Source: Podarcis erhardii (taxonomy: Eukaryota). From it: 64,000 bases of DNA. Below, piece after piece: positions 26,495 to 38,527 of the stretch. The position numbers and the translations under genes were made by a program. Every line of letters starts with the position of its first letter. Position 1 is the first letter of the stretch. Location: NCBI GenBank assembly GCA_964252035.1, contig OZ176205.1; one strand, 5' to 3'. A model generated the notes under the pieces. It searched no databases, had not been told where the DNA came from, and saw nothing but the letters and a program-made list of their open reading frames with translations.

Positions 26495-26731
26495 AATATG
26501 GATTCAAATCACAAGCAAGGAGATTCCAACTAAACCTTAGGAAGAACTTTCTGACAGAACTGATCAACAGTGCAACAGGCTCCCATGAAAGGTGGTAGAC
26601 TCTTTTTCACTGGGTGTTTTTAAGCAAAGGTTGGGTGTCCATCTGTCAGAGATGCTTTAGCTTTTGATTCTTGCACTGCAGAGGGTTGGACTAAATGACC
26701 CTTGGGGATCCTTCATTTCTATGATTCTATG
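26495..26731 (+). mobile_element. CR1 LINE 3' end
   Basis: aatatggattcaaat..aggaagaactttctgac..gggttggactaaatgacc..ttctatgattctatg, a typical CR1 3' terminus. Confidence 0.85.
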
Positions 26732-27077
26732 AATGCTGGTGTTTTAAAGTAACTGATACCTTTCCCCTTTTTTGCAGAGAACTAATTTAACTAAGTTATA
26801 GTATCCTCTTGGAAGCTCCACTGCTTAAGGAATGTACATACTTTATCACAAGAGCGCTTACATGCCCGACTAAACCTTGGTATCCAGCAGGTTCAAAACT
26901 CTGACATCTTCGCTGAGGCTATATCAGGTAAGACTTACTATATAGGCTGACCAATGTTGAACTAATATGGCTGCAATCAGATGTAATGCTGGTCATTAAT
27001 CATGTTTAGGGAAATTAGCCTGTGCACAAGCTGCATTCTAATGCACACAGTTTAAGCAGTCCCTTAAGCAACTAGGA

Positions 27078-27213
27078 CAGGCTTCCTCAACCTCGGCCCT
27101 CCAGATGTTTTGAGACTACAGTTCCCATCATTCCCGACCACTGGTCCTGCTAGCTAGGGATCATGGGAGTTGTAGGCCAAAAACATCTGGAGGGCTGAGG
27201 TTGAGGAAGCCTG
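27078..27213. mobile_element. 136-bp palindromic hAT MITE
   Basis: TIRs CAGGCTTCCTCAACC / GGTTGAGGAAGCCTG; degenerate TSD AACTAGGA / AGCTAGAA (6 of 8). Confidence 0.9.
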
Positions 27214-27437
27214 AGCTAGAATGAGGGAAATAAACCACAGAGCAACAGGCTTAGCAAATGAATATTAACCAGCACTGTTGGTTTGTTTCTCTCAAACAAA
27301 CTATGACTGGGGTGCCAAAAACAAACCTTGGCTTATGATCATGGTTTCATGGAAGGAAAACAAAATACAAGCACTGATTCATAGCTAAGCTAACACTGAG
27401 TCAGTCACTCTATAGTTTGTTTCCCCATTCCACTATA

Positions 27438-27662
27438 CAGTGGTACCTTGGGTTACATACGCTTCAGGTTACAGACTCCTCTAACCCAGAAAAAGTACCT
27501 CGGGTTAAGAACTTTACTTCAGGATGGGAACAGAAATCGTGCTCCGGTGGCGTGGCAGCAGCAGGAGGCCCTATTAGCTAAAGTGGTCTTCAGGTTAAGA
27601 ACAGTTTCAGGTTAAGAACGGACCTCTGGAACGAATTAAGTACTTAACCTGAGGTATCACTG
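27438..27662. mobile_element. TcMar/Tigger-like MITE (GGTTAAGAAC family)
   Basis: TIRs CAGTGGTACCTTGGGTTA / TAACCTGAGGTATCACTG; TA flanks. Confidence 0.9.
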
Positions 27663-28439
27663 TAGTTTGTTTCCCCATTCTAGGAAGGAAGGAGCAAAGG
27701 AGGAACTACTCAAGCTATATGCACCAGCCAAGGTCCCCAACCACTGTTTCTGACCAGTGTCACATGCCAACACGGCCACATTTTATTTAGTAAAACACAC
27801 CTTTCTGCAGTACCTTAGTAGTCATTTAGTCATTGACTAGGAAAGCTTATAGTTCAGTAAACCAAACAGAAAGATGACCTTGACCAGAAGGATATTCAGA
27901 AAATAGTGAACTACCCTGCGGACCAGAGCTTGATCATTGCACACACTCCTGCTTCATCTTGCAAACATCTCATACATCCAGACATTCAACTGTCTTGAAC
28001 TCTCTCCCTCATCTCTTAAAATACAAAGGCTCTTGCTACAGGGCAGCTGTACTTACTCTCACTTTCTTTTCTTTTTTTAAAAAAGGCTGCTGTTATGTTT
28101 GTAGCCAGCTGTGAGAAATACCAACAATAATCTCAGGAATCCAAAGGGAAATGAAATACCTTTGCTCTGCTGATTGTAGAGGTCTACAATTGTTTGCATC
28201 CTCATAGATTTGCTTTTCATCTCTTCTTTTTCCTACCTCTTATCTCTGCTTTAATCTGCCTCACTTGGCACAAACGCCTCAGCATCTAATTTAACTGCTC
28301 ATAAAAAGACACGATGCTGCATTACTTTACATTTAGGATTTCCACTTTACATGGGTTGAGATCATCTGCTTCCCAGTTGCTGAATTCGCTAGAAACCAGT
28401 GAGACAGAGGTTTTGTTTTTAATATGTATTGTTATGAGC

Positions 28440-28550
28440 TTTTATTTATAAAACGGGAAGTTGGTTGAATCTGTGTTCACGTGCTTCTCAATAATACGTT
28501 TCCCAACAGATCAACGGATTTGAAGAAATCCCCCGGAAAAATCTATGGCA
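28440..28550 (+). mobile_element. Possible Helitron/Helentron-like non-autonomous element 5' remnant
   Basis: tttatttataaaa..tgtgttcacgtgc..caacggatttgaagaaat resembles the TCTATATATATAAAA..CCGATTT..AAATT 5' ends of such elements; 3' end not found. Confidence 0.3.
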
Positions 28551-30555
28551 GTTTTTTTTTCAAAAGATGACAAACTTCAGGGGAAATTCTGTTGTTGAGA
28601 AAGCAAAAGCAGACCACGTATGTAGCTCTGAAAGGAAGAAACTGCAAGAACTTGCTTGGCATTTTTTTTCAAGCACAGAAACTTGTAACATTTAAAAACA
28701 ACCTTATCATTTTCAGATGAACAAAAGGATCCAAATTCCTGTCCCACCCTTTCTGCCCATGAACCCTCAAACCTATTACCTGCCTCTGAAATCGGATGAT
28801 ATATCTCTCCCATCTCCCTAACGCTTGGTACAATGCTGGGGGAGCATCTCAAGCATCCGGAATTTCTGATACATTGCCATAGCAACATTCTAAGCACAAG
28901 GAAAGGAGCCTCTGATAACAGAGACAAGTAAAAGGAGCTCCTTCGCCAGCTTAGTTTGTAATTTAAGCTGTGAAAGAAGCCCCTTTTACCTGTCTGTGTT
29001 AGCAGGGACCCCCTTACTGGTGCTTAGAACACCTAGAGCCATTTGAGATGGTCTATTTCAGAATACAAGAGCCCTTTTGGAATGTGCCAATTTGCATTCC
29101 AAACCAAGTAATTGCAATATCACTGGCGCACAGTGTATACGCACTCCTCCACAGTGATGCCACTACTGTTTAACTTATGCGAGAGCGCATGATTGCAAAC
29201 CAGCCCTTATAGTGTAATTTCTGGTTTTCTTTTATTATGCAGATTAAAAAATAATTCATTTTAAATACCTGTCTGAACCAATGGGATTTGGCACGTTACA
29301 AATACATATTGCATTCTATTATGAGCAACCAAATGGGAGCCCTAGCCCTTTGTGTCCTCCTAAGATGGAGAAAAAAGAGAAATAAACAAAGCGTTCTGGG
29401 AGGAAAGCCAAGATTTCCTTGGCACCCATCTACCTTATCACAGCACAGACTTCCAAGATGCTTTTCTCCTATTCCCAAATGCCAAGCAATTTAAAATGAT
29501 AAGAGACTGAGGAGAGGAATAACACAAACCCATACCAAGGGTCCACTCACAGTACTAAAAAAATCAGTAAGAGGTGTTTTGACCACCCACATGGATCAAG
29601 TTAACAGGCAGAGAAACTCTTGTCAGTCTTTGTGAAAATCAAACATAGTAAGATTCATGGTGATTTGACACGAGTGATGGTCTTCTTTCACGCTGGAGAC
29701 TTGGAAGTCCAAGCCATCTTTTTCCAGAGGGAGCCTTCTCTGTAAAATATGCTGTATGTCACACGCAGTTACCTCTTCCCTCAGAACTAACTGGATCTCC
29801 AAACTATTTTAGATATATGAAATACATGCCAGCACACATTGAAATCAAGGACAAGACAGGCTAGGCTATGGAAGGAAGGAAGCAAGGAGGGTTGCCAGAA
29901 ATTTCAACTGCAGCCAAACAGTTAACAAATTTTATAGCCCTCAAATGAATTAATGGAAAGTTGACTATATAAAGCTACCTAAACAAAACAGAAACCCAAA
30001 CTTTAATTAGCAGTGTGGCTGAGCTAGTATCTTTTCTCTTTCAAGTGACTCAGCAGCAGGTCAAAAACAAAATGCTCCAGAATGAACACAGAGTCACATT
30101 TATGCAGTCAGCTGAAGTAGTAATTTTAGATCCTAGACCACATCTGCAATCAACCTCTAAACTAAAACAGAAACTCCTGTCTCATAAAGCTACAATTAAC
30201 TTGTGTTTCAAATGTTATTCAAGTGGAGCTTACAATAATGCACCCTTTCGCTGGTTAGTTCACTAAACTCTCTTGCCAGTTTTGAGTGTTCTGCTTCAGT
30301 GTGAAACGTAAATCTCAAACTCACTTTGTGAGCAAACCAAGCACTTTTTTCTTGTTATTTGTACTGATAAAAAAAATGTAAAAACAGAAGTTCTGGAAAT
30401 ATATACGGTAGTTTGAATTTCCAAGTTAGCAGGTGGAAGATTCAGGCCACCTCATGTCTCAAGTCACTCTGAACCTCTGACTGTAACAGAGTATCGGCAT
30501 GCATGGGGGAAACCTAGATTTGCTCAACAATGAATCTTTAGGAAAGAAAAAACTA

Positions 30556-30858
30556 CAGTGGTGCCCTGCAAGACGAATGCCTCGCAAGACGGAAAACTCG
30601 CTAGACGAAAGAGTTTTCCATTTTGGAGGTGCTTCGCAAAACGAATTTCCTATGGGCTTGCTTCGCAAGACGAAAATGTCTTGCGAGTTCCTGCGGGGTT
30701 TTTTTTCCTCCCCCCCCCTTTTTCTAAGACGCTAAGCCGCTTATCCGCTAATAGCGCTAATCCGCTAAGCCGTCAATGGGCTTGCTTCGCAAGACGAAAA
30801 AACCGCTAGACAAAGAGACTCGCAGAACGGATTCTTTTCGTCTTGCGAGGCACCACTG
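30556..30858 (+). mobile_element. TcMar MITE (GCAAGACGAA family)
   Basis: TIRs CAGTGGTGCCCTGCAAGACG / CGTCTTGCGAGGCACCACTG; TA TSD; CpG-rich. Confidence 0.93.
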
Positions 30859-31097
30859 TATGTGGGCAATCCCCACTACAAAACCAAAGCAGAAACCCAG
30901 CCCAATCCTGGCTGGCACACTGAACAAAAGCATTCCACTCTACAACATTCTGTTGCACTTGCAACAAAAGAGGTTCTACTTGCCTCCACACACAAAAATG
31001 AACCAGTTTTCTGGAATTAAGGACAAGTGTTCATTTAGAGAGGGATGTCAACCCAGACAATCCAATTTACAAAGGTGTGGCGGTTGCAGGTTCATTT

Positions 31098-31448
31098 GCG
31101 GGTGGCGCTGTGGGTTAAACCACAAAGCCTAGGACTTGTCGATCAGAAGGTCGGTGGTTCGAATCCCCGCGACGGGGTGAGCTCCCGTTGCTCGGTCCCT
31201 GCTCCTGCCAACCTAGCAGTTCAAAAGCACGTCAAAGTGCAAGTAGATAAATAGGTAGCACTCCAGCGGGAAGGTAAACGGCGTTTCCATGCGCTGCTCT
31301 GGTTCGCCAGAAGCGGCTTAGTCATGCTGGCCACATGACCCGGAAGCTGTACGCCGGCTCCCTCGGCCAATAAAGCGAGATGAGCGCTGCAACCCCAGAG
31401 TCGGCCACGACTGGACCTAATGGTCAGGGGTCCCTTTACCTTTACTTT
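31098..31448 (+). mobile_element. Sauria SINE (Squam1)
   Basis: gcgggtggcgctgtgggttaaacc head, B box ggttcgaatccc, characteristic body and (ACCTTT)n tail. Confidence 0.93.
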
Positions 31449-31590
31449 ATATCCATCCATATCTATATGTTCAAATGCCCTGCTGCCGTGGTTGTTTTAG
31501 AATTGTTACAGGGGCAATAAATTTAAGCATGCACTTTTTTTAACGATTCAACAGCTAGTCGTAAAATTGCTTCAAGGTGCACTTTGATTA

Positions 31591-31926
31591 CAGTGGTGCC
31601 TCGCAAGACGAAAATAATCCGTTCCGCGATTCTCTTCGTCTAGCGGTTTTTTCGTCTTGCGAAGCAAGCCCATTGACGGCTTAGCGGATTAGCGCTATTA
31701 GCGGCTTAGCGGCTTTTAGCGGCTTAGCGGATCAGCTGATAAGCGGCTTAGCAGCTTAGAAAAGGGGGGGGGGAGGAAAAAAATCCGCAGGAACTCGCAA
31801 GACATTTTCGTCTTGCGAAGCAAGCCCATAGGGAAATTCGTTTTGCAAAGCGCCTCCAAAACGGAAAACCCTTTCGTCTAGCGGGTTTTCCGTCTTGCGA
31901 GGCGTTCGTCTTGCGGGGCACCACTG
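31591..31926 (-). mobile_element. TcMar MITE (GCAAGACGAA family), inverted relative to 30556
   Basis: Reverse complement of the 30556, 56495 and 60498 copies; TA TSD. Confidence 0.93.
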
Positions 31927-32704
31927 TATCAGATTCAAACAAAGCATCAGAAAGACAAACATTGTCATATGGCTTTGCCACCAACAGACATCCAGGTTCT
32001 ACTTACTGGTGCTTTCCTAACACCGATTTCACCCAGATACTTTTCAGACCACACACTAAAATGAGGGGCGATGCAATATTTGTGTGAGCACAAAGGCTAA
32101 AGAGGCCAGCCAACAGGCGTGTAAATGCATTTCTCTCCACCCCCACCCCCAGACAAGCGTTTCAGATGCTTGCTTGGATCAAATACATGCTTCCTACTGA
32201 ATGGCATTACAGCGGAAGATTTAGCAGCTTCCATCCTGCCATGTCAACTGCTCTTGTCATACTTGCTGGCAGAATTCCATAACAGGAAAAATGAGGGGTG
32301 ACAGGGGGAATGAACTTTCCCCCTCTCCACTCTAATATAGGGTTAAAGACACAATGGCAGGGAAGGCGGCACTCCTACCAGCTGAGCTACATCTCTCCCC
32401 CCCCCCCAACCCTTTGATAAAAGGCTTCAGTGTTCAAGAATGTCAATCTGGCATCTTTCACTTGCATTCTAGTCCCTTTAAAAAGCATATAAATAAAAGG
32501 TTACACAGGGATTGATGTCAGGTGTAAGAGACAGAAAGATATTCTCACCGAGACAGCTCCCAGAGTCTACGTTTCATTGATTAGGTAACAAAGGATCTTT
32601 GAATATTTGATCCTCTCTCTTTAGTTGTCTTGCAGCAGCAGTCTGCTCAGATAACACACAGCTCTCCACTAAAATTCTATTAAGTGGCAAAAGGTCCTTT
32701 TCAA

Positions 32705-32767
32705 AGAATCGTAGAGTTGGAAGGGACCCTGAGGGTCATCTAGTCCAACCCCCTGCAATGCAGGAAT
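32705..32767 (-). mobile_element. Short CR1-type 3' tail
   Basis: Reverse complement of attcctgcattgcagggggttggactagatgaccctcagggtcccttccaactctacgattct. Confidence 0.85.
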
Positions 32768-34187
32768 AATAAATTTTTCTAACAGTGTGGGGGGAGGGAT
32801 ATGTTCAAAAGTAGTTAGGTCTCTCCCATACACACATATGCACACACTATTTTCCTTCCCCCATTCAGTGTTGTTGTTTTTAATTAAATCGCAGAGGGAA
32901 AGAATTTGCCCAACATTCTTCCATTACAGGACCTAAATTTATGAAATGAAAGCAACAGGAATCAGTCAAGATTATGATGTATGGCTAAGGGTCAACATAT
33001 CTGGGCTGACTTTGGCGTCCATCAAAATTTTAGGTCACCTGTCTGCCCCTAATTCAGGAAAAGGACAGTGTCTTGTCTGTGAGTGCCTCAAAAAGTCAAT
33101 GCAATGCAGAGATTAATCCTATTCTTTTCCTAAGTTGGAGGATCAGAGAAGGGCAGAAGCTTGCCCCTAAAGTTGCACTGGTAGCTCTACAACAAAACCC
33201 CCATCCTTTGCCCAGATTCCAGGCTTGAAAGAAGGAGAGGGCTTGTCCCTCTGGTTATACTGACTTTGAGAAAGTCTGATGCTCCCAATTCCTCCAACAG
33301 TCCAACATGAGGTCCCAGATGAGCCCCCAACAATCACTCTTGTCGGCCTGAGATAGGCAGTCCGCAGTGAGATATGACAAATCATTGACAAGTTGAAGAA
33401 CACATTTGTGGAGCCCTGTATGGCCTTATTTGTAGAAGTGCAAATGAATTTTACATCATTACCTTTTATTTTAAAAAAGAGAGAGAAAATTGTATTTAAA
33501 AAGCATATACGATTATGGGAATTTTCTTCTCATTCTTCCGGCTTCATCTGAGGTTTACTGTTCATTCTTCAATGATAAAGTAGGTTCAGGCTTCTGAATC
33601 AAAGCCTCAACCAGGCACTCTCTCACCTTCCTCTGAGGCTACTTGAAAACCTGTGTGCCCAGTGAGAAGCCCAGGCTGTGGGGCTAATGACATCAGAAAA
33701 TTGCAAGGTGGAAGATGAACAGCAATGAGCTCCAAAATTTACAGTCTGTGATAATTAGAGCTTAAATGTATGTTAAATGGGCACCTTGCTGATTTCTAAT
33801 TTCCAGCCTACTACTGTAAAGGTGCCCACTTAACATATACCTAATTATCACTCGCTGTAATTTTTGCATCTTATTGTCATCCAACCTCCACCATACAATT
33901 GTATCCTTTTACTATTACCAAATAAGCTAATGGCTCATTTCTCCTTTATATACCTGCAAACTAAGATTTCATCACTTCATATACCTGATGAAGTAGGGCC
34001 AAGTCCATAAAAGTTTGCACCATAGTAAAACTGTTAGTTTTTAGGATGCCGCAAGACTATCCCAATTTTTAGGCTCTATCTATTCAAAAATTTGATAAGT
34101 TTTCTTGCTGGGTTTGAGCACTGTTGGTGTTTTATAGACAGCAACAGTTCATTACTACAAAGGTGAAAGCATGGAAATCTTCTTGTT

Positions 34188-34425
34188 CAGTGGTACCTTG
34201 GTTCTCAAACTCAATCCATTCTGGAAGTCCGTTCAACTTCCAAAACATTTGAAAACCAAGGCACGGCTTCTGACTGGCTGATTGGCCCGGAAACAATACC
34301 AACAGCTGAAACAGACATTCGGCTTCCAAAAAATGTTCGCAAACCAGAACACTTACTTCTGGGTTTGCGGCATTGGGAGCCGATTTGTTCGTCAACTAAG
34401 CCATTCAGGAACCAAGGTTCCACTG
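34188..34425. mobile_element. TcMar/Tigger-like MITE
   Basis: TIRs CAGTGGTACCTTGGTTC / GAACCAAGGTTCCACTG; TA on the right. Confidence 0.88.
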
Positions 34426-36014
34426 TAGTTACATCTGGAAATTAATAGTCAGGATGCACAGCCTCTATGTGGAGCTAGTTTGCGTTTTGACCACAGGTAA
34501 TCGTTTGTCTCTTTAAAATTACATAGAATAAAAAGCGTGGGCAGTAACCTTCCCCCACCCTATTTCTCCCAAAAAAACAATCAGGCCAGAGGGCTGGCAT
34601 TCCACCACAAACACTATTAATTCATACCGAATGACTGACACTCAGAACTGCTCTAAAGGTCTTCAGAATAAATTCTGCAATTCTCCCATTCTTCAGTCAA
34701 CCCTTAGAGAAATCATTCTCGTTTATCTGAAAGGAAGATAATCCCCTGCCTCAGGAATCTTCAACAAAATCAAGGTTCAAATTGTCCTGGGAAATGATAA
34801 ACACGCTGCATTATTGGGTATTGAACTATTTTGTCTGCTAGTCAGAAATTCAATATCTTGACTCTCTACATTAAAGCTTGTCTTTTATAATGGTGAAAAT
34901 GGCCTTTGCAGGGAGCGGATGGGGAGGGTGGGGGAGGAGATAATAGAATCTACATAATATACCTAGGCAATTCACCCTAGGCAGTAGATAAAATCCAAAA
35001 GTCGCTTTGCAAACAAATCTGTTAGTAGCTAGGAAAGATTTTCTACCAGCATCACTTATTAGTATCGAACCAGCAAAAAACATCCAAAGGGTAAAATGCA
35101 TTCTTTGTAAATTGCTCATGTTCAGTTTCCCCTGCCCCTTGCGTGACTTCATTTTTGTACAGCAAATAATGCTCACGAGCAGCTTAAACTCGCATCACTC
35201 CTCCTTCTTGGCTAATCCTTCAAAGTGTACATGTTGAAGAGCTGCTCCTTATAAACATTTTAAGGCTGTATCCTTCATCTCCATTCAACAGAGAACACAT
35301 TCACACCCAACGTTTGCTATGTCTTTAAGCAGCAGAGAAAAATATTTCTTAGCTCAGATCCCACCAGCAAAGCCATTGGAATTAATATACACAAAAGAGG
35401 GCCTGTGCAAGAAATGCTGCCAGCACATTGCACTCAATGCCAAGTATTTTCACAGGCCAACCTATGGGGTGCTAAAACACTCCGGGATGCGTAGTGAGGG
35501 TTTAACCAATCCCAAACATTTATTCTAAAGCCAATATAAGGCATTCTTTAACTCACAAGTATGTAACACTTATTGGAAAAAGTTCAATGAGCTCAAGGGG
35601 TTCTCCATTTAGGCACTATTACTAAATAAGCCAACGGCTGTTTTCTAGCTTTCAATCAATTCCAGAGGAGGGCATAAGGCAGTATTTCTGCTTCCTAGCT
35701 CTGCAACTACCTCAGTCTAGAGCTCTGCCAAGCTAAGCTCCTGGGTGACTTAAGAAATAGAAGACTTCAAATATTTAAGCTGAGTTTTAGTAGTAGTAGA
35801 AATCTGGGTATTTAAGCTGCATGTTTTAATATGCATTCTTGGAGGCACTTTCAGTAATGTAGCCTCATCTGTTTGTTCAATATTCTTATTTTTACTTTAT
35901 AGCAATCTAAGTTGGATTAAATCAGCGGTTTAGGAAAAAGCTAAATCTGAATTATACCAAGTCAGACCATTGCTCTATCCACTGACGCTGTCTAGCCTAT
36001 TTGGCAGTTGCTAA

Positions 36015-36364
36015 GCGGGTGGCGCTGTGGTCTAAACCACAGAGCCTAGGGGTTGCCGATTGGAAGGTCAGCGGTTTGAATCCCCACGACGGGGTGAGCT
36101 CCTGTATTTCGGTCCCTGCTCCTGCCAACCTAGCAGTTCGGCAGCATGTCAAAGTGCAAGTAGATAAATAGGTATCGCTCCGGCAGGAAGGTAAACGGTG
36201 TTTCCGTGCGCTGCTCTGTTTCACCAGAAGCAGCTCAATCATGCTGGCCACATGACCCAGAAGCTGTACGCCGGCTCCCTCGGCCAGTAAAGCGAGATGA
36301 GCGCCGCAACCCCAGAGTTGTCTGTGACTGGACCTAATGGCCAGGGGTCCCTTTACCTTTACCT
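36015..36364 (+). mobile_element. Sauria SINE (Squam1)
   Basis: Near full length, highly similar to the 31098 copy, ACCTTT tail. Confidence 0.93.
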
Positions 36365-36397
36365 AGGGTCTCAGGCAGTCTCAGCTACCTCTTCCCC

Positions 36398-36645
36398 TCC
36401 TCAACTGGATTGGATTTGATATCCCACTTTATCATTACCCGAAGAAGTCTCAAAGCGGCTAACATTCTCCTTTCCCTTCCTCCCCCACAACAAACACTCT
36501 GTGAGGTGAGTGGGGCTGAGAGACTTCAAAGAAGTGTGACTAGCCCAAGGTCACCCTGCAGCTGCATGTGGAGGACCGGAGACGCGAACCCAGTTCCCCA
36601 GATTACGTGACTACCGTTCTTAACGACTACACCACACTGGCTCTC
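36398..36645 (-). mobile_element. tRNA-derived CORE/MIR-like SINE with L2-type tail
   Basis: Revcomp gagagccagtgtggtgtagtcgttaag..gggttcgcgtctcc..gtgaccttgggctagtcac..ttagccgctttgagacttc..gggatatcaaatccaa. Confidence 0.82.
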
Positions 36646-36732
36646 CAGGGATTGAACCTGGTGCCTTCTCCATGCAATGCATGGGTCTTACCACTACGCT
36701 ACAATCCCACCATGTTTGTTTGATTGAATCAA

Positions 36733-36790
36733 CTGACAAAAAGAAGTGTTTGTTTATAGAGCTGACAAAAAGAAGTGTTTGTTTATAGAG
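36733..36790. repeat. Perfect 29-bp tandem duplication
   Basis: CTGACAAAAAGAAGTGTTTGTTTATAGAG twice. Confidence 0.97.
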
Positions 36791-38344
36791 CTGGGGCAGG
36801 GTGTCCATATTTCTGCAGTAGAGCTCATGTGAAGCATGAGGCCCTCAATATCAGCCCCATGAATCTCTCAGGTAGCACAATTGTTGAAGGCCTTTTAAGA
36901 GCTGTTGTCAATGGAAAGTAGACCAATGGTTCCCGAACTTTGCCCTACTAGCAGCTTGAAAAATTCTGAGGGTCTGGGCAGTGCACTAAATGATTTAGAA
37001 CAGTGGGTATTCAAGTTACTCAAGTTTTGGAACACAAACCAACTCAAGTTGCTACCTAGGGAAAGCCAACATTTTCCTACCGATTTGATTATTATGACTA
37101 GGGGAAGGATCACTCAGACCAATAAAGACATTTTAAAGCTATAACTTCAATCACCAGCTATTCACAATAGCTAAACGGAAACCCCTATTTCGAGAGAGTG
37201 TGCTACCTTTGAAAACCAGGTGTTGGGAAGAGGAAGCTGACTGACTTTTGGTTAATCCAGCAGGGTCATTCTTAAGTTCTGAGCAAGGTGTACATCAAAT
37301 GTGGAAAGTCACTCCAGATTTTGTTGGACTCCGTTCCCATCAACTCCAGACAGCATGGCCCGAGATGATGCAGACCAACAACACCTGAAGGGCCACGTGT
37401 CCCCCATCACTGGCATAGTAAAAAGGCAAGCAAGAAAATATAAATGGAGCTCATGGAGACCTAATACAAAAAAGAAAAAAACTATACTGGGCCAATTTTC
37501 AAGTACTAGAAAGGCTCGTTTATCATGTTGCTTTGGTTGGGAGTATATTAGAAATCTTCAGTGGAAGGCTAATCCCTTGGGTACCATGTGGCTGAGCTAC
37601 AAATGCAATGCCTGATTTCAGTTTGTGATCCACTATCAACTCAGGACCTCTTTTTATGGTAACTGACATATTAAAAATGTGAAAGTGATTAAGTGTAGAA
37701 AGATGAATTGCTAAAATGTTAACAGCTTCTATGGAAAGACATGACATGAAGGGATATTCACAATAAGCTCTAATTAAATACTTTGGTTGCCATAGGGAGA
37801 AGGGAAAAAAGGCTGTTCCAAGCATATTGCCCCTCAACACACCAGCAATTAAAAGATCTTGCCCCTCATTTTGGTCATTGTTTAGTCAATCTGAACACAG
37901 TACTTCCTTTAACATTCCAACAGATACAAGAACACAGACGGTAATAGGTTTCCTTATAAGCTGTGTGTCTTTGGAAAGATAACCTCAAGCCACTTCCACT
38001 ACTCTGTATGAGTTCTTGCTGCTATGGCAACCAACTCTTTTAGCTGATTCTGTCAGTGTTTTCTCTTCTCCACAAAATCTTCCTTGATTTACTACCACTG
38101 TTAGAAACCACTCAAGGCGTCATAAAACTAGATTCCCTCTTAAATCTCACTAGTAGAAGACTAAATTTTATTTTGTCCCAGTATTCCTTCAAGAACAGTA
38201 AAGAGATATTCTTAAAAAGCTTCAGGCAATTGGTGGTCAATCCAAAGGTCTGCAACTCTTTCCCCCAAAGGCTTTTTTCTCCTTCTTACCAATTCAATGA
38301 TTTTGACATACCTAGAGCTGCCATACATCTGGATTTTCTCAGAC

Positions 38345-38527
38345 ATTACTAGGATTTCAAAGGCAGAATTGACGTCCAGGGGGAATTCCCTAAATGTGGC
38401 GCTTTGTCCTGGATGTATCAAAAAAGCACCTTTTTGGCATTTTTGTAAAAATAAAATTAAAAAAAAGTTCAAAGCTCAGCAACTTTTGGGTTGTCCTGGT
38501 TTTTACTTTTTGAAATCTGGCAACCCT
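38345..38527 (-). mobile_element. hAT (Tip100-like) MITE end
   Basis: Ends in ATCTGGCAACCCT (revcomp AGGGTTGCCAGAT) with GTCC/GGAC subterminal motifs. Confidence 0.5.

Larger units (their letters stand above)
35931..36708 (-). mobile_element. Squam3-like SINE split by two younger SINEs
   Basis: Head at 36646-36708 (revcomp gggattgtagcgtagtggtaag..ggttcaatccctgg), middle at 36365-36397 (gagactgcctgagaccct), tail at 35931-36012 (caatggtctgacttggtataa). Confidence 0.7.

Noticed and set aside
30600-30830. Short repeated motifs that could suggest a CRISPR-like array
   Set aside because: Eukaryotic MITE interior bounded by TIRs and a TA TSD; there is no regular repeat-spacer periodicity.
30499-31984. 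Recurrent ORFs such as VPRKTNASQDGKPARRKGFPFW (also near 60344-60725)
   Set aside because: Translations of non-coding MITE copies; the recurrence reflects the repeat, not a protein family.
38056-38352. 98-aa plus-strand ORF MFSLLHKIFLDLL...
   Set aside because: No recognisable domain or splice context; the length is within chance expectation for this window.
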